NCBI GenBank assembly: GCA_002687935.1
Contig: NZBN01000002.1
Location: 38,484 to 102,483 of the forward strand
DNA: 64,000 nucleotides
Source: Methanobacteriota archaeon
Lineage (GTDB): Archaea > Undinarchaeota > Undinarchaeia > Undinarchaeales > Undinarchaeaceae
Direction: 5' to 3'
Part shown: piece by piece, positions 1 through 7,966 of the stretch
How positions within the stretch are numbered: position 1 is the stretch's first letter
Layout of the letters: every line of letters starts with the position of its first letter
Program-made: the position numbers and the translations under genes
Notes under the pieces: generated by a model
Told to the model about the DNA's origin: nothing
The model's input: only the letters and a program-made list of their open reading frames with translations
The model's database searches: none

Positions 1-2
1 AT

Positions 3-806
3 TTTGTCAAGGAAATTATAGGCACAAAAAAATGTGGACACTCAGGAACTTTGGACCCAGGTGTTACTGGCGTTTTTCCTGTTGGTGTCGGAAGTGGAAC
101 TAAAGCTCTCCATTCTCTTCTTATAGCAGGGAAGGAATATCTCACTCTTATGCGTTTGCACGAAGAAATTTCTGAAAGAAAACTAAAAAAAGTTCTCAAA
201 AGATTCACCACAAAACTATATCAGACTCCTCCCATAAAATCAAATGTCAAAAGAGTTCTCAGAGTCAGAGAAGTATATTATACTAAACTCATTGAGTCCG
301 AAGGAAAGGATGCACTGTTCACTGTTGGCTGTGAAGCCGGGACTTATATTCGGAGACTTTGTTATGACATTGGAGAAGTAACTGGTTCTGGCGCTCACAT
401 GCAGCAGTTGAGAAGAACTCGTGTGGCAAACTTTGACGAAACTACTCTTGTTACATTACAGCAATTAAAGGATGCATTTGTTTTCTGGAAAGAAGGGGAT
501 GAAAGTGAACTTAGAAAGACATTACTTCCTATTGAATCTGCATTATCCCATCTTCCAAAAGTGGTAATAAGTGATTTCGCAATTCCTTCAGTAACAACTG
601 GTGCACAGCTTGCCGTTCCTGGCATACTTAGTGTAGAGTCAGGTATATCTCCAGGGGAATTAGTGGCTGTTCTAAGTCAAAAAGGTGAGGGAGTTCTCTA
701 TGGTTCGGCTCTTGTTTCTTCTGAAGATATGATATCAATGAAAAAGGGGCTTGCAGTCAAGACAGAAAGAGTTCTTATGAATCCCTCAACATATTCAACA
801 AAATGA
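3..806 (+). CDS. cbf5: H/ACA pseudouridine synthase Cbf5 (TruB family, C-terminal PUA domain), 5'-truncated by window edge
   Basis: Frame is open from base 3 and reads KKCGHSGTLDPGVTG (catalytic Asp motif), also GTYIR and LRRTR motifs. Confidence 0.95.
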   Translation, partial: FVKEIIGTKKCGHSGTLDPGVTGVFPVGVGSGTKALHSLLIAGKEYLTLMRLHEEISERKLKKVLKRFTTKLYQTPPIKSNVKRVLRVREVYYTKLIESEGKDALFTVGCEAGTYIRRLCYDIGEVTGSGAHMQQLRRTRVANFDETTLVTLQQLKDAFVFWKEGDESELRKTLLPIESALSHLPKVVISDFAIPSVTTGAQLAVPGILSVESGISPGELVAVLSQKGEGVLYGSALVSSEDMISMKKGLAVKTERVLMNPSTYSTK

Positions 807-1483
807 GCACTGAAGAACAACAAGAGCATTATTACAAGGAAAAGACAAAGATTCCTCTTCATCTCGGAGAAGTTTCTGCTTTAATCAAAGGTACTGAACT
901 AAAGTTATTTTCTTCTCCCCCTGTATTTTCTTGGAGGCAAATTGACAAAGGCAGTCTTATTATGGCCGAGAATATGCTTATTCCTGAAGGGCAGGGAAAG
1001 CTTCTTGATATGGGCTGTGGTTATGGGGTTCTCGGTATTTTTGCAGCTCTTCAGAATCCTCTACTCGAGGTGCAGATGGTTGATTCAAGCGAGCGTGCTG
1101 TGTATCTGACAAAGAAAAACATTCGGAAATATGGTCTTGGTTCGCGTGTCACAGTTGTTCAGGGAAATTTGTTTGAAAAGCTTGAGGATAAAGATTTTGA
1201 TACTATTGTCTCAAATCCGCCTTATTCTGCTGGGAAGGATGTGGTTGAACGCTTGATTGCTGATTCTCCTGCTTATTTGGCTGAAGTGGGTACGCTTCAA
1301 ATTGTAGGCCGGCATTCCAAAGGCGGTAAAATGTATAGAGACTACATTAAAGAGGCATTTACTTATGAGTTTGAGTTTGGAAAACAGAGTGGATTTCGTA
1401 TATATCTTGGGAGTAAAAAAGATATACCTGAACTACGAGAGGATAAAGAGTCTATACTGGAGTCTTACTCCACGGACGAATAA
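803..1483 (+). CDS. Class I SAM-dependent methyltransferase, RsmC/MTS-like
   Basis: LLDMGCGYG motif I and IVSNPPY motif IV; ATGA overlap with cbf5 stop. Confidence 0.85.
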   Translation: MSTEEQQEHYYKEKTKIPLHLGEVSALIKGTELKLFSSPPVFSWRQIDKGSLIMAENMLIPEGQGKLLDMGCGYGVLGIFAALQNPLLEVQMVDSSERAVYLTKKNIRKYGLGSRVTVVQGNLFEKLEDKDFDTIVSNPPYSAGKDVVERLIADSPAYLAEVGTLQIVGRHSKGGKMYRDYIKEAFTYEFEFGKQSGFRIYLGSKKDIPELREDKESILESYSTDE

Positions 1484-1506
1484 AGTTCCGATAATGGACT
1501 AATACT

Positions 1507-1590
1507 GCCGAGGTCGCATAATCTGGTATTGCGCTACCCTGGAAAGGTAGTTTCCTTCGGGATGTGTGAGTTCAAATCTCACCCTCGGCG
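1507..1590 (+). tRNA. tRNA-Ser(GGA)
   Basis: Acceptor GCCGAGG/CCTCGGC, anticodon arm CTACC-CTGGAAA-GGTAG, long variable arm, T arm GTGAG-TTCAAAT-CTCAC, G discriminator, no encoded CCA. Confidence 0.95.
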
Positions 1591-1630
1591 CTTCGTTACT
1601 TTTTTTATATGGGGACGTACTAGTTATTTT

Positions 1631-1771
1631 ATGGCAAAAACAGATCCTGTAAAATTAACTTCTTCAATTTTAGAAGCAGTTGATATTGCTTCAGAAAATA
1701 ATAAAGCTCTTAATCCTGCTTATAGTGCAATTCCTTTCAATAAACTGTATTTATATACTGTAAGTCTATAG
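1631..1771 (+). CDS. Possible 46-aa ORF or gene remnant (MAKTDPVKLTSS...)
   Basis: ATG-started short ORF between tRNA-Ser and the nuclease gene; no recognisable motif. Confidence 0.25.
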   Translation: MAKTDPVKLTSSILEAVDIASENNKALNPAYSAIPFNKLYLYTVSL

Positions 1772-1821
1772 CAAATAGGTGGCATTGGCTAAATAGGTCT
1801 AAAATATTCCACAATTTCGTA

Positions 1822-2346
1822 ATGAGGCACCAGTGGGTACCCATTTACTTTATTCCACATTCGCGCAGTTTCTCGTCCAAGCGTGGCTTTGCCGAATCAC
1901 GACTTAGAAGGCGTCTTGAAAAACAGGGCTGGTCTGTCTGGAAAGGTCTCCTGGTTGGTGCTGTACGAATGCAAGATGATTATTCAACTGCAACGGAAAA
2001 GTATGAATTACTTTCTAAATTTTTAGAAAAACATAGTGCGGAGCTTCTGGAAAAACTCCAATATTATTGTTCTGTTCATTTTGGCTTTCCTGATTTTATC
2101 TGTAACAAAGGTAGGGAATGGAAATTTGTTGAATGTAAGTTGGGCTATGAGCCTCTCAGTGAAAAACAGAAAAAATGTATAATGGAGCTTCAGCTTCTAG
2201 GTCTTAATGTTGAGGTTCATAAACTAGTCAGTAGCCATACAGGAACTCAGTCTGCAATGGTAAATTTAAAAGGAACTGGTAAAATAATAACTCGAAAACA
2301 ACTAACTCTTAATGACAGGCTCTTTAGCAGGTGCCAAAACATATAA
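1822..2346 (+). CDS. VRR-NUC / PD-(D/E)XK nuclease-domain protein
   Basis: GFPDF...FVECK...LSEKQ matches the VRR-NUC G-x-PD...(F/L)VEVK...LS-x-x-Q signature. Confidence 0.75.
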   Translation: MRHQWVPIYFIPHSRSFSSKRGFAESRLRRRLEKQGWSVWKGLLVGAVRMQDDYSTATEKYELLSKFLEKHSAELLEKLQYYCSVHFGFPDFICNKGREWKFVECKLGYEPLSEKQKKCIMELQLLGLNVEVHKLVSSHTGTQSAMVNLKGTGKIITRKQLTLNDRLFSRCQNI

Positions 2347-2373
2347 AACATCCATCTCTAAATTTAGCTACTC

Positions 2374-2535
2374 ATGTTAAAAGAACTAAGGAAAAAATTA
2401 CAAAATCTTAGCAAGATAAAGAATTGTCCAGCATGCAGTTCTAAGGATATTACTTATGATTCTAAGGGTAAAGCACATCTCTGCAATGATTGTGGTGTAG
2501 ATATTCAGGCTACTATTTCTTCTAAAACTGAGTGA
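2374..2535 (+). CDS. 53-aa zinc-ribbon protein (not in ORF track)
   Basis: Translates MLKELRKKLQNLSKIKNCPACSSKDITYDSKGKAHLCNDCGVDIQATISSKTE; CPAC...CNDCG spacing like TFIIB-type ribbons. Confidence 0.6.
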   Translation: MLKELRKKLQNLSKIKNCPACSSKDITYDSKGKAHLCNDCGVDIQATISSKTE

Positions 2536-2558
2536 TTTTAGGTCCTTTCTATATAGAT

Positions 2559-2570
2559 AAAGTATATAAA
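2559..2570 (+). promoter_or_regulatory. Putative archaeal BRE/TATA box for the tandem RNA
   Basis: AAAG-TATATAAA; TATA starts 28 nt before the first repeat unit. Confidence 0.5.
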
Positions 2571-2590
2571 GTCCTATGTACTAGGAGATG

Positions 2591-2803
2591 TGCTAGGAGG
2601 TGAAGGCAGCGCAAACCTTCGGGGGTGCGCTTTGAAGTGTTTCGAAAGAAACATGGATGTTGCTGTAAAAAGCAGGTCTTCGCTTTATAGCTCCCATAAA
2701 ATGCTGGGAGGTGAAGGCAGTACAATTCTTCGGACTTGTACTCTGAAATATCTTGAAAGGGATATGGATGCTGCTGTAAAAAGCAAGTCTTCACAAAACA
2801 GCA
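2591..2803 (+). ncRNA. Candidate structured ncRNA: two tandem four-way-junction units
   Basis: Both units form the same five helices with UUCG and GAAA tetraloops; six compensatory double substitutions between copies; G-U pairs and loop types favour the + strand. Confidence 0.8.
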
Positions 2804-2812
2804 CTAAATTTT
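2591..2812 (+). repeat. Imperfect tandem duplication, period 111 nt, 2 copies
   Basis: GGAGGTGAAGGCAG, TGAA, GAAAG, ATGGATG, TGCTGTAAAAAGCA and GTCTTC recur at a 111-nt offset. Confidence 0.95.
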
Positions 2813-3547
2813 TGTTTGCTTAGCAACCTTTTCTGATTCTATTCTAGCCTTTTCACTATCTCCTAGATAGTAATGCTTTACAGGATTCAAATTATCATCT
2901 AGCTCATAAACAAGAGGAATTCCGGTTGGTATATTCAATTTCGTTATTTCCTCGTCTGATATCTTATCTAAATATTTTACAAGTGCCCTAAGGCTGTTTC
3001 CATGGGCGCATATTATCAATTTCTTACCTTCCTTTAATGATGGAGCAATTTTATCATTCCAATAAGGCAGTACTCTGTTAACAACATCTTCCAAACTTTC
3101 TGTGGCTGGCAGTTCACCCTTTTCAAGTTTTGCGTAAAGTTCGTCATTTTTTGGATGCCTCTCGTCATCACCACTTAAAGTCGGTGGTCTAATGTCGTAA
3201 CTTCTTCTCCACAGGAAGACTTTTTTCTCCCCCTCTTTCTCTGCAGTTTCTTTTTTGTTAAGTCCTTGGAGGGCCCCATAATGTCTTTCATTGAGTCGCC
3301 AGTTTTTGTATATAGGAATTTCTGAGAGTCTCATTTCTTTTAAAACTATATCAAGAGTTTCTGTTGAACGTTTTAGAACTGAAGTATATGCTTCGTCAAA
3401 AGTATAGTTTCCTTCTGTCAAAAGTTTGGCAGACTCCTCTGCTTCCATTTTTCCTTTCTCCGTCAGTCCAACATCTGTCCAGCCGGTAAACTTGTTTTCA
3501 AGGTTCCATACACTTTCTCCGTGCCTGAGAAGTACCAGCTTTATCAT
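2804..3547 (-). CDS. gpmA: 2,3-bisphosphoglycerate-dependent phosphoglycerate mutase
   Basis: [17 protein letters not shown] and AHGNSLR motifs. Confidence 0.95.
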   Translation of the reverse strand: MIKLVLLRHGESVWNLENKFTGWTDVGLTEKGKMEAEESAKLLTEGNYTFDEAYTSVLKRSTETLDIVLKEMRLSEIPIYKNWRLNERHYGALQGLNKKETAEKEGEKKVFLWRRSYDIRPPTLSGDDERHPKNDELYAKLEKGELPATESLEDVVNRVLPYWNDKIAPSLKEGKKLIICAHGNSLRALVKYLDKISDEEITKLNIPTGIPLVYELDDNLNPVKHYYLGDSEKARIESEKVAKQTKI

Positions 3548-3548
3548 A

Positions 3549-4235
3549 TTATATTTGGAAAAGGAGCCCTAGGTTGTAAGTCAAAGCAGTCGCGAATATG
3601 CCAATTGCTACCATTTCAAAACCTCCAACATACCATTTCTTCACTGTGAATTTGCTCTTCGTTGCCCCTCCTATGAAGAGTGCAATTGCTGTGAAAGTGA
3701 TTGCGTATGGAAGTGCCTGGGCTGAAAGTGCAAATATCATGAAAGGTATTACAGGTATAATTGCTCCCAAAACAAAGGCAAGGCCTGTGTATCCTGCTGC
3801 CTTCCCGGGATTTTTATCACTAACCTTTCCAAAACCGAGCTCTTCTTCCATCATTACTCTGAGCCATATTTCTTCATCAGATGTTATTACCTCAACAACT
3901 CTTTCTAAATCCTTCCCTTTGAATCCCTTCTTCGCATAAATGTCACGTATTTCCTGTCTCTCAACTTCAGGCATATCTAGTATTTCTTGTTTTTCTCGCT
4001 CAAGCTCCTTGTCATAAAGTTCAGAATTGGATTTAGTTGACAAGTAGTTGCTGGACATCATAGATATGGCTCCTGCTAGAACTTCAGCTATCCCTGCTAT
4101 CAGAACAATTTTACTCTGAGCGACTGCCCCTGCTACACCTGCAATAAGAGCTAGGTTTGAGACAAGTCCGTCGTTGAGCCCCAGTATAGCGTCTCCTATG
4201 TATTTCTTTTCGTCAATTAGATGGGCCTTTTCCAT
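3549..4235 (-). CDS. VIT1/CCC1 family Fe/Mn transporter
   Basis: [17 protein letters not shown]...YLS, Glu-rich cytoplasmic loop, 5 TM helices. Confidence 0.9.
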   Translation of the reverse strand: MEKAHLIDEKKYIGDAILGLNDGLVSNLALIAGVAGAVAQSKIVLIAGIAEVLAGAISMMSSNYLSTKSNSELYDKELEREKQEILDMPEVERQEIRDIYAKKGFKGKDLERVVEVITSDEEIWLRVMMEEELGFGKVSDKNPGKAAGYTGLAFVLGAIIPVIPFMIFALSAQALPYAITFTAIALFIGGATKSKFTVKKWYVGGFEMVAIGIFATALTYNLGLLFQI

Positions 4236-4288
4236 GCGAGAGCTTATTTAGGAATGGCATAAATATGTTTTGAACTATATAATCTAAA

Positions 4289-4987
4289 ATGATGCCAAAA
4301 ATATATAGTGCAAGTCTTAAGGAAGTGGAGAAGCTTTCTGATGACGTCAGTTATTTCACTTTTAATTTGGACTCATCTATGTCGTTTGAGCCCGGGCAGT
4401 TTGTAATGCTTGCGATGGAGATAGATGGTGAGAAGGTAAAACGTGCATATTCTATAGTAAGCAGTCCGGAATCTACAAAGGAGCTTGGCTTCTGTATCAA
4501 AGTTTTGAAAGACGGAAAACTTTCTCCTGCCCTAAACTCCATTAAAAAAGGTGATTTGGTGGAGATCCAGGGACCTTATGGTAAATTTTCTCTATCTGAA
4601 CCTAAACTTGATCAGCTTTTTATAGCTGCAGGAACTGGTGTGGCCCCCTTACTTCCTATGCTGAAATCTTATCTTGAAAATGAGTCTGGAAATGTAAGTC
4701 TGCTTTTTGGTTTCAGGCACGAAAACGACTTCCTTTTCAGAGAGGAGCTTGAGGCTCTTCTTTCAAAATATTCTAATTTTACACTGATCCCTGTGATGAG
4801 CCGTCCATCTGAGTCCTGGACTGGTCTGAAAGGACACGTTACAGTTTATGTTGCAGATAATGTGCATGATTCCAGCCGTACAATTGCGTACATCTGCGGT
4901 CGAAATGAAATGGTGCTCGATGTCAGAAAAGCCCTGATTGAGGCGGGTCTAAGTCCTGAGAGAATAAAAATTGATAATTGGGGATAA
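4289..4987 (+). CDS. Ferredoxin-NAD(P)+ reductase-family FAD/NAD(P) oxidoreductase
   Basis: RAYSIVS, GKLS, GPYG, AAGTGVAP and YICG motifs. Confidence 0.9.
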   Translation: MMPKIYSASLKEVEKLSDDVSYFTFNLDSSMSFEPGQFVMLAMEIDGEKVKRAYSIVSSPESTKELGFCIKVLKDGKLSPALNSIKKGDLVEIQGPYGKFSLSEPKLDQLFIAAGTGVAPLLPMLKSYLENESGNVSLLFGFRHENDFLFREELEALLSKYSNFTLIPVMSRPSESWTGLKGHVTVYVADNVHDSSRTIAYICGRNEMVLDVRKALIEAGLSPERIKIDNWG

Positions 4988-6406
4988 TTATCCCTTTAAA
5001 ACACCAAGTGGAACTAAACGCGCAACAATTTTTCCTATTCCAACTTCGTGCGATACTTTGACGACTTCGTCAATATCTTTATAGGCTCCAGGAGCTTCCT
5101 CTGAAACGCCTCTCCAGCTTGCAGACCTGACTAATATCCCTTTACTTTTCAAATCTTTCTGAACCTTTTCTCCTTTATACAATTTATTTGCCTGATGTCT
5201 GCTCATCAGACGTCCTGCTCCGTGTGCTGTGCTTCCGAATGTTTCCTTCATTCCGTCATCGGTTCCTACAAGAACATAGGAGGCAGTTCCCATGCTACCT
5301 GGTATCAGAATTGGTTGTCCGACATCTCTGTATATTTCAGGTATCTCTACATGTCCTGGACCAAAGGCTCTTGTTGCTCCCTTTCTGTGTACATAGACTT
5401 TTTTCATTTTGCCATCTATTTCATGCTCTTCAAGTTTTGCCATATTATGACATACATCGTACATAAGTTTCAAATCAGAATTCGGAAATACTTTTTTGAA
5501 TGAATTTCTTGCTTCATATGTCATAACTTGTCGGTTGCACCATCCAAAATTTGCAGCTGCACTCATGGCTTTGTAATAATCATTAGCTATATCAGTTCCA
5601 AGAGGTGCATATATCAATTCTTTATCCTCAAGATTTTTGAATATCTTTGCTTGTTCTGTTTCCATTCTTCTCAAATAATCTGTACAGACTTGGTGACCAA
5701 GACCTCTTGAGCCTGAGTGTATCATTACAACAACTTGTCCTGCCTCTCTTATTCCAAACTTTTCTGCCGTTTTTTTATCAAAAATTTCTTCAACAGCCTG
5801 AATTTCTATGAAATGGTTTCCTGCACCTAATGAGCCAACTTGCTTACATCCTCGTTTTTTCGCACGGTCTGAAACTTTAGAAGAATCAGCCTGTGGCATC
5901 TTTCCGTTTTCTTCACAACGTTCCTTGTCTTCTTCTGTTGCATAGCCCTTCTTAATTGCCCAGTCTATTCCAGTGTTCAAGACTTCCTCAAGTTCACTAG
6001 TTTCCAATTTTATTTTGGATTCAGAACCTACTCCGGTGTGTATGTTTTCATAAAGAACATTAAGTATCTCTCCCAATCTTTCGTTTACTTCATCTACAGT
6101 GAGATTGCTAGTTAATACCCGTACTCCACAGTTTATGTCATACCCAATTCCACCTGGGCTGATAATTCCATTTTCTGCGTCAAATGCGGCCACACCTCCT
6201 ATTGGAAAACCATAACCTTGGTGGGCATCGGGCATCATTATTGCGTGTTTGCAAATTCCAGGGAGTTTTGCCATATTAATTCCCTGTTCAAGTGCTCTGT
6301 CCTTTTCTATATCTGCCATCAACTTTTCTGAAGCAAATACTTTAAGGGGAACTTTCATGTCCCCTTTTTTTTCAAATACATAGATATTTTCTGATTCTTT
6401 TTTCAT
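4988..6406 (-). CDS. rtcB: RNA-splicing ligase RtcB
   Basis: MPDAHQGYG, DINCG, GNHF, IHSGSRG, HGAGR; start moved to the ATG overlapping the archease stop. Confidence 0.97.
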   Translation of the reverse strand: MKKESENIYVFEKKGDMKVPLKVFASEKLMADIEKDRALEQGINMAKLPGICKHAIMMPDAHQGYGFPIGGVAAFDAENGIISPGGIGYDINCGVRVLTSNLTVDEVNERLGEILNVLYENIHTGVGSESKIKLETSELEEVLNTGIDWAIKKGYATEEDKERCEENGKMPQADSSKVSDRAKKRGCKQVGSLGAGNHFIEIQAVEEIFDKKTAEKFGIREAGQVVVMIHSGSRGLGHQVCTDYLRRMETEQAKIFKNLEDKELIYAPLGTDIANDYYKAMSAAANFGWCNRQVMTYEARNSFKKVFPNSDLKLMYDVCHNMAKLEEHEIDGKMKKVYVHRKGATRAFGPGHVEIPEIYRDVGQPILIPGSMGTASYVLVGTDDGMKETFGSTAHGAGRLMSRHQANKLYKGEKVQKDLKSKGILVRSASWRGVSEEAPGAYKDIDEVVKVSHEVGIGKIVARLVPLGVLKG

Positions 6407-6840
6407 ATGTCTACAACTACCTGCACCATACACTTTTCTGGCATGTCTTCCACTAACATATCGCTATATGTCATCGATTTTATATTTCCCGAGACTTGGT
6501 ACTTTTTATTCCCTCTTTTGTAAATGTCTCCGCGTGCAAGAGCCTCCAGTGTATATCCTGCGTCTGCCTTTTCTATTTTAAGCTCCTTTATTTCATTAAG
6601 AAGGAAATTAGTGGTGTCTAATTGAAAAAGTAGTTCATCTAAATACTCATAAAGAACTTGGGACAGATCTTCTCCTTCTACTTCCACTCTTTTTTCAACA
6701 TTTGGCTCAATTTTTTCTGTGTCAGTTATAATTCCAAACATAGCAAGAGCTGCGTTTGAAAAAGCTTCTTCCATAGTCTTTCCAAATGCTCTGAATTTCG
6801 CGTCTGCTGTATGTTCAAGATATTCGTATTTTTTCATCAT
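6403..6840 (-). CDS. Archease (RtcB activator)
   Basis: YEYLEHTAD N-terminus, IKSMTY, C-terminal VVVDI; adjacent to rtcB. Confidence 0.95.
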   Translation of the reverse strand: MMKKYEYLEHTADAKFRAFGKTMEEAFSNAALAMFGIITDTEKIEPNVEKRVEVEGEDLSQVLYEYLDELLFQLDTTNFLLNEIKELKIEKADAGYTLEALARGDIYKRGNKKYQVSGNIKSMTYSDMLVEDMPEKCMVQVVVDI

Positions 6841-6858
6841 AAGACTTAGATTAAATAT

Positions 6859-7599
6859 CTAAATAAGTCCTCCGTAGCCTTTTTTCTCAATCTCATCTGC
6901 AAGTTCAGGACCGCCGGTTTTTACAAGTTTTCCATCCTTCATTATAATTATTCTGTCTGGTTTTACATATTCAAGAATTCTCTTGTAATGTGTTATCAAA
7001 AGTATAGCTCTTTCTGAATTTCTTATCTTGTTTATCCCTTCGGCTACTGCCTTTAGTGCGTCAATGTCAAGTCCTGAATCAGTTTCATCAAGTATTGCCA
7101 GATCTGGTTCAAGTACGGCCATCTGGAGAATTTCTGTGCGTTTTTTCTCCCCTCCTGAGAATCCCTCATTAATATATCGGGAAAGAAATTCTTCATCTAT
7201 TCCTAGTTCTTCAGCACTTTTCTTGAAACTCTCATAAGTTTTCAACAAATCAATTTTCTCATCTTTTCCCTGTCTTGCCTGAACTGCCGCTCTTAGAAAG
7301 TTTGCAACTGTGACTCCTGCAACTGCTGATGGATATTGGAAGGACATGAATATTCCTCTCCTTGCTCGTTTATCAGGTTCAAGCTCTTTCATACTCTCTC
7401 CTTTGAAAAGTATATCTCCTGATTCGATACGGTATTTTGGATTTCCCATTATAGTATTAGCCAGTGTACTCTTCCCCGAGCCATTTGGTCCCATGAGCGC
7501 AAGCACTTCCCCTTTCTTAATCTCTAAATTAAAGGAGTTAATTATTTCCTTTCCTTCTACACTTACACTTAGATTTTTAACATCAAGCAGATTTGTCAT
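6859..7599 (-). CDS. sufC: Fe-S assembly ABC ATPase SufC
   Basis: GPNGSGKST, FQYP, NEGFSGGEKKR, ILDETDSGLD. Confidence 0.95.
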   Translation of the reverse strand: MTNLLDVKNLSVSVEGKEIINSFNLEIKKGEVLALMGPNGSGKSTLANTIMGNPKYRIESGDILFKGESMKELEPDKRARRGIFMSFQYPSAVAGVTVANFLRAAVQARQGKDEKIDLLKTYESFKKSAEELGIDEEFLSRYINEGFSGGEKKRTEILQMAVLEPDLAILDETDSGLDIDALKAVAEGINKIRNSERAILLITHYKRILEYVKPDRIIIMKDGKLVKTGGPELADEIEKKGYGGLI

Positions 7600-7966
7600 T
7601 TTTTCCTCTTATTGCCGTTTGTATTGATTCTAGTGGCAGAAGAGCGCATTTCATTCTGACTGGACCTATTTCTATATTCAACATTTTTAAAATATCGTCC
7701 TTTCTAATTTTCATAATATCTTCAATGAATATTCCAAGTATTTTCTCTGAAAGCATTGATGCAGCAGCCTTACTTATTGCACAAGCTTCTCCAGTGAATC
7801 TGATTTCATCTAGTTTCTCTTTCTTCATCTTAAGTGTGAATCTTAAGGAGTCCCCGCAGGATAAATTTTCACCAAGATACTCTAGGTCGGGATTTTCAAG
7901 CTTACCATAGTTTCTGGGATTTCTATAATGCTCCATTATATTTTCCCTGTAAAGTGTATTTGTCAT
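7583..7966 (-). CDS. sufU: SufU/IscU-type scaffold or sulfur-transfer protein
   Basis: HYRNPRN, CGD, ACAIS, RMKCALL. Confidence 0.9.
   Translation of the reverse strand: MTNTLYRENIMEHYRNPRNYGKLENPDLEYLGENLSCGDSLRFTLKMKKEKLDEIRFTGEACAISKAAASMLSEKILGIFIEDIMKIRKDDILKMLNIEIGPVRMKCALLPLESIQTAIRGKNDKSA

Noticed and set aside
1529-1630. N-terminal part of the 80-aa ORF 1529-1771
   Set aside because: Overlaps tRNA-Ser; only the ATG at 1631 is plausible
2591-2812. CRISPR array or mini-array interpretation of the tandem repeat
   Set aside because: Only two long units, the variable parts are covarying stems rather than unique spacers, and there are no cas genes in the window
2590-2823. 77-aa + strand ORF with a 37-aa internal repeat, and the 81-aa - strand ORF 2549-2794
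   Set aside because: Many differences between repeat copies are non-synonymous yet keep base pairing, so the constraint is on RNA structure; the + ORF also overlaps the gpmA 3' end
1560-2830. Integrated element bounded by attL/attR at tRNA-Ser
   Set aside because: I found no second copy of the tRNA 3' end and no integrase
4988-6406. Inteins in RtcB (also considered for HerA and the synthetases)
   Set aside because: Lengths are normal or explained by terminal domains, and I saw no intein splice-junction or homing-endonuclease motifs
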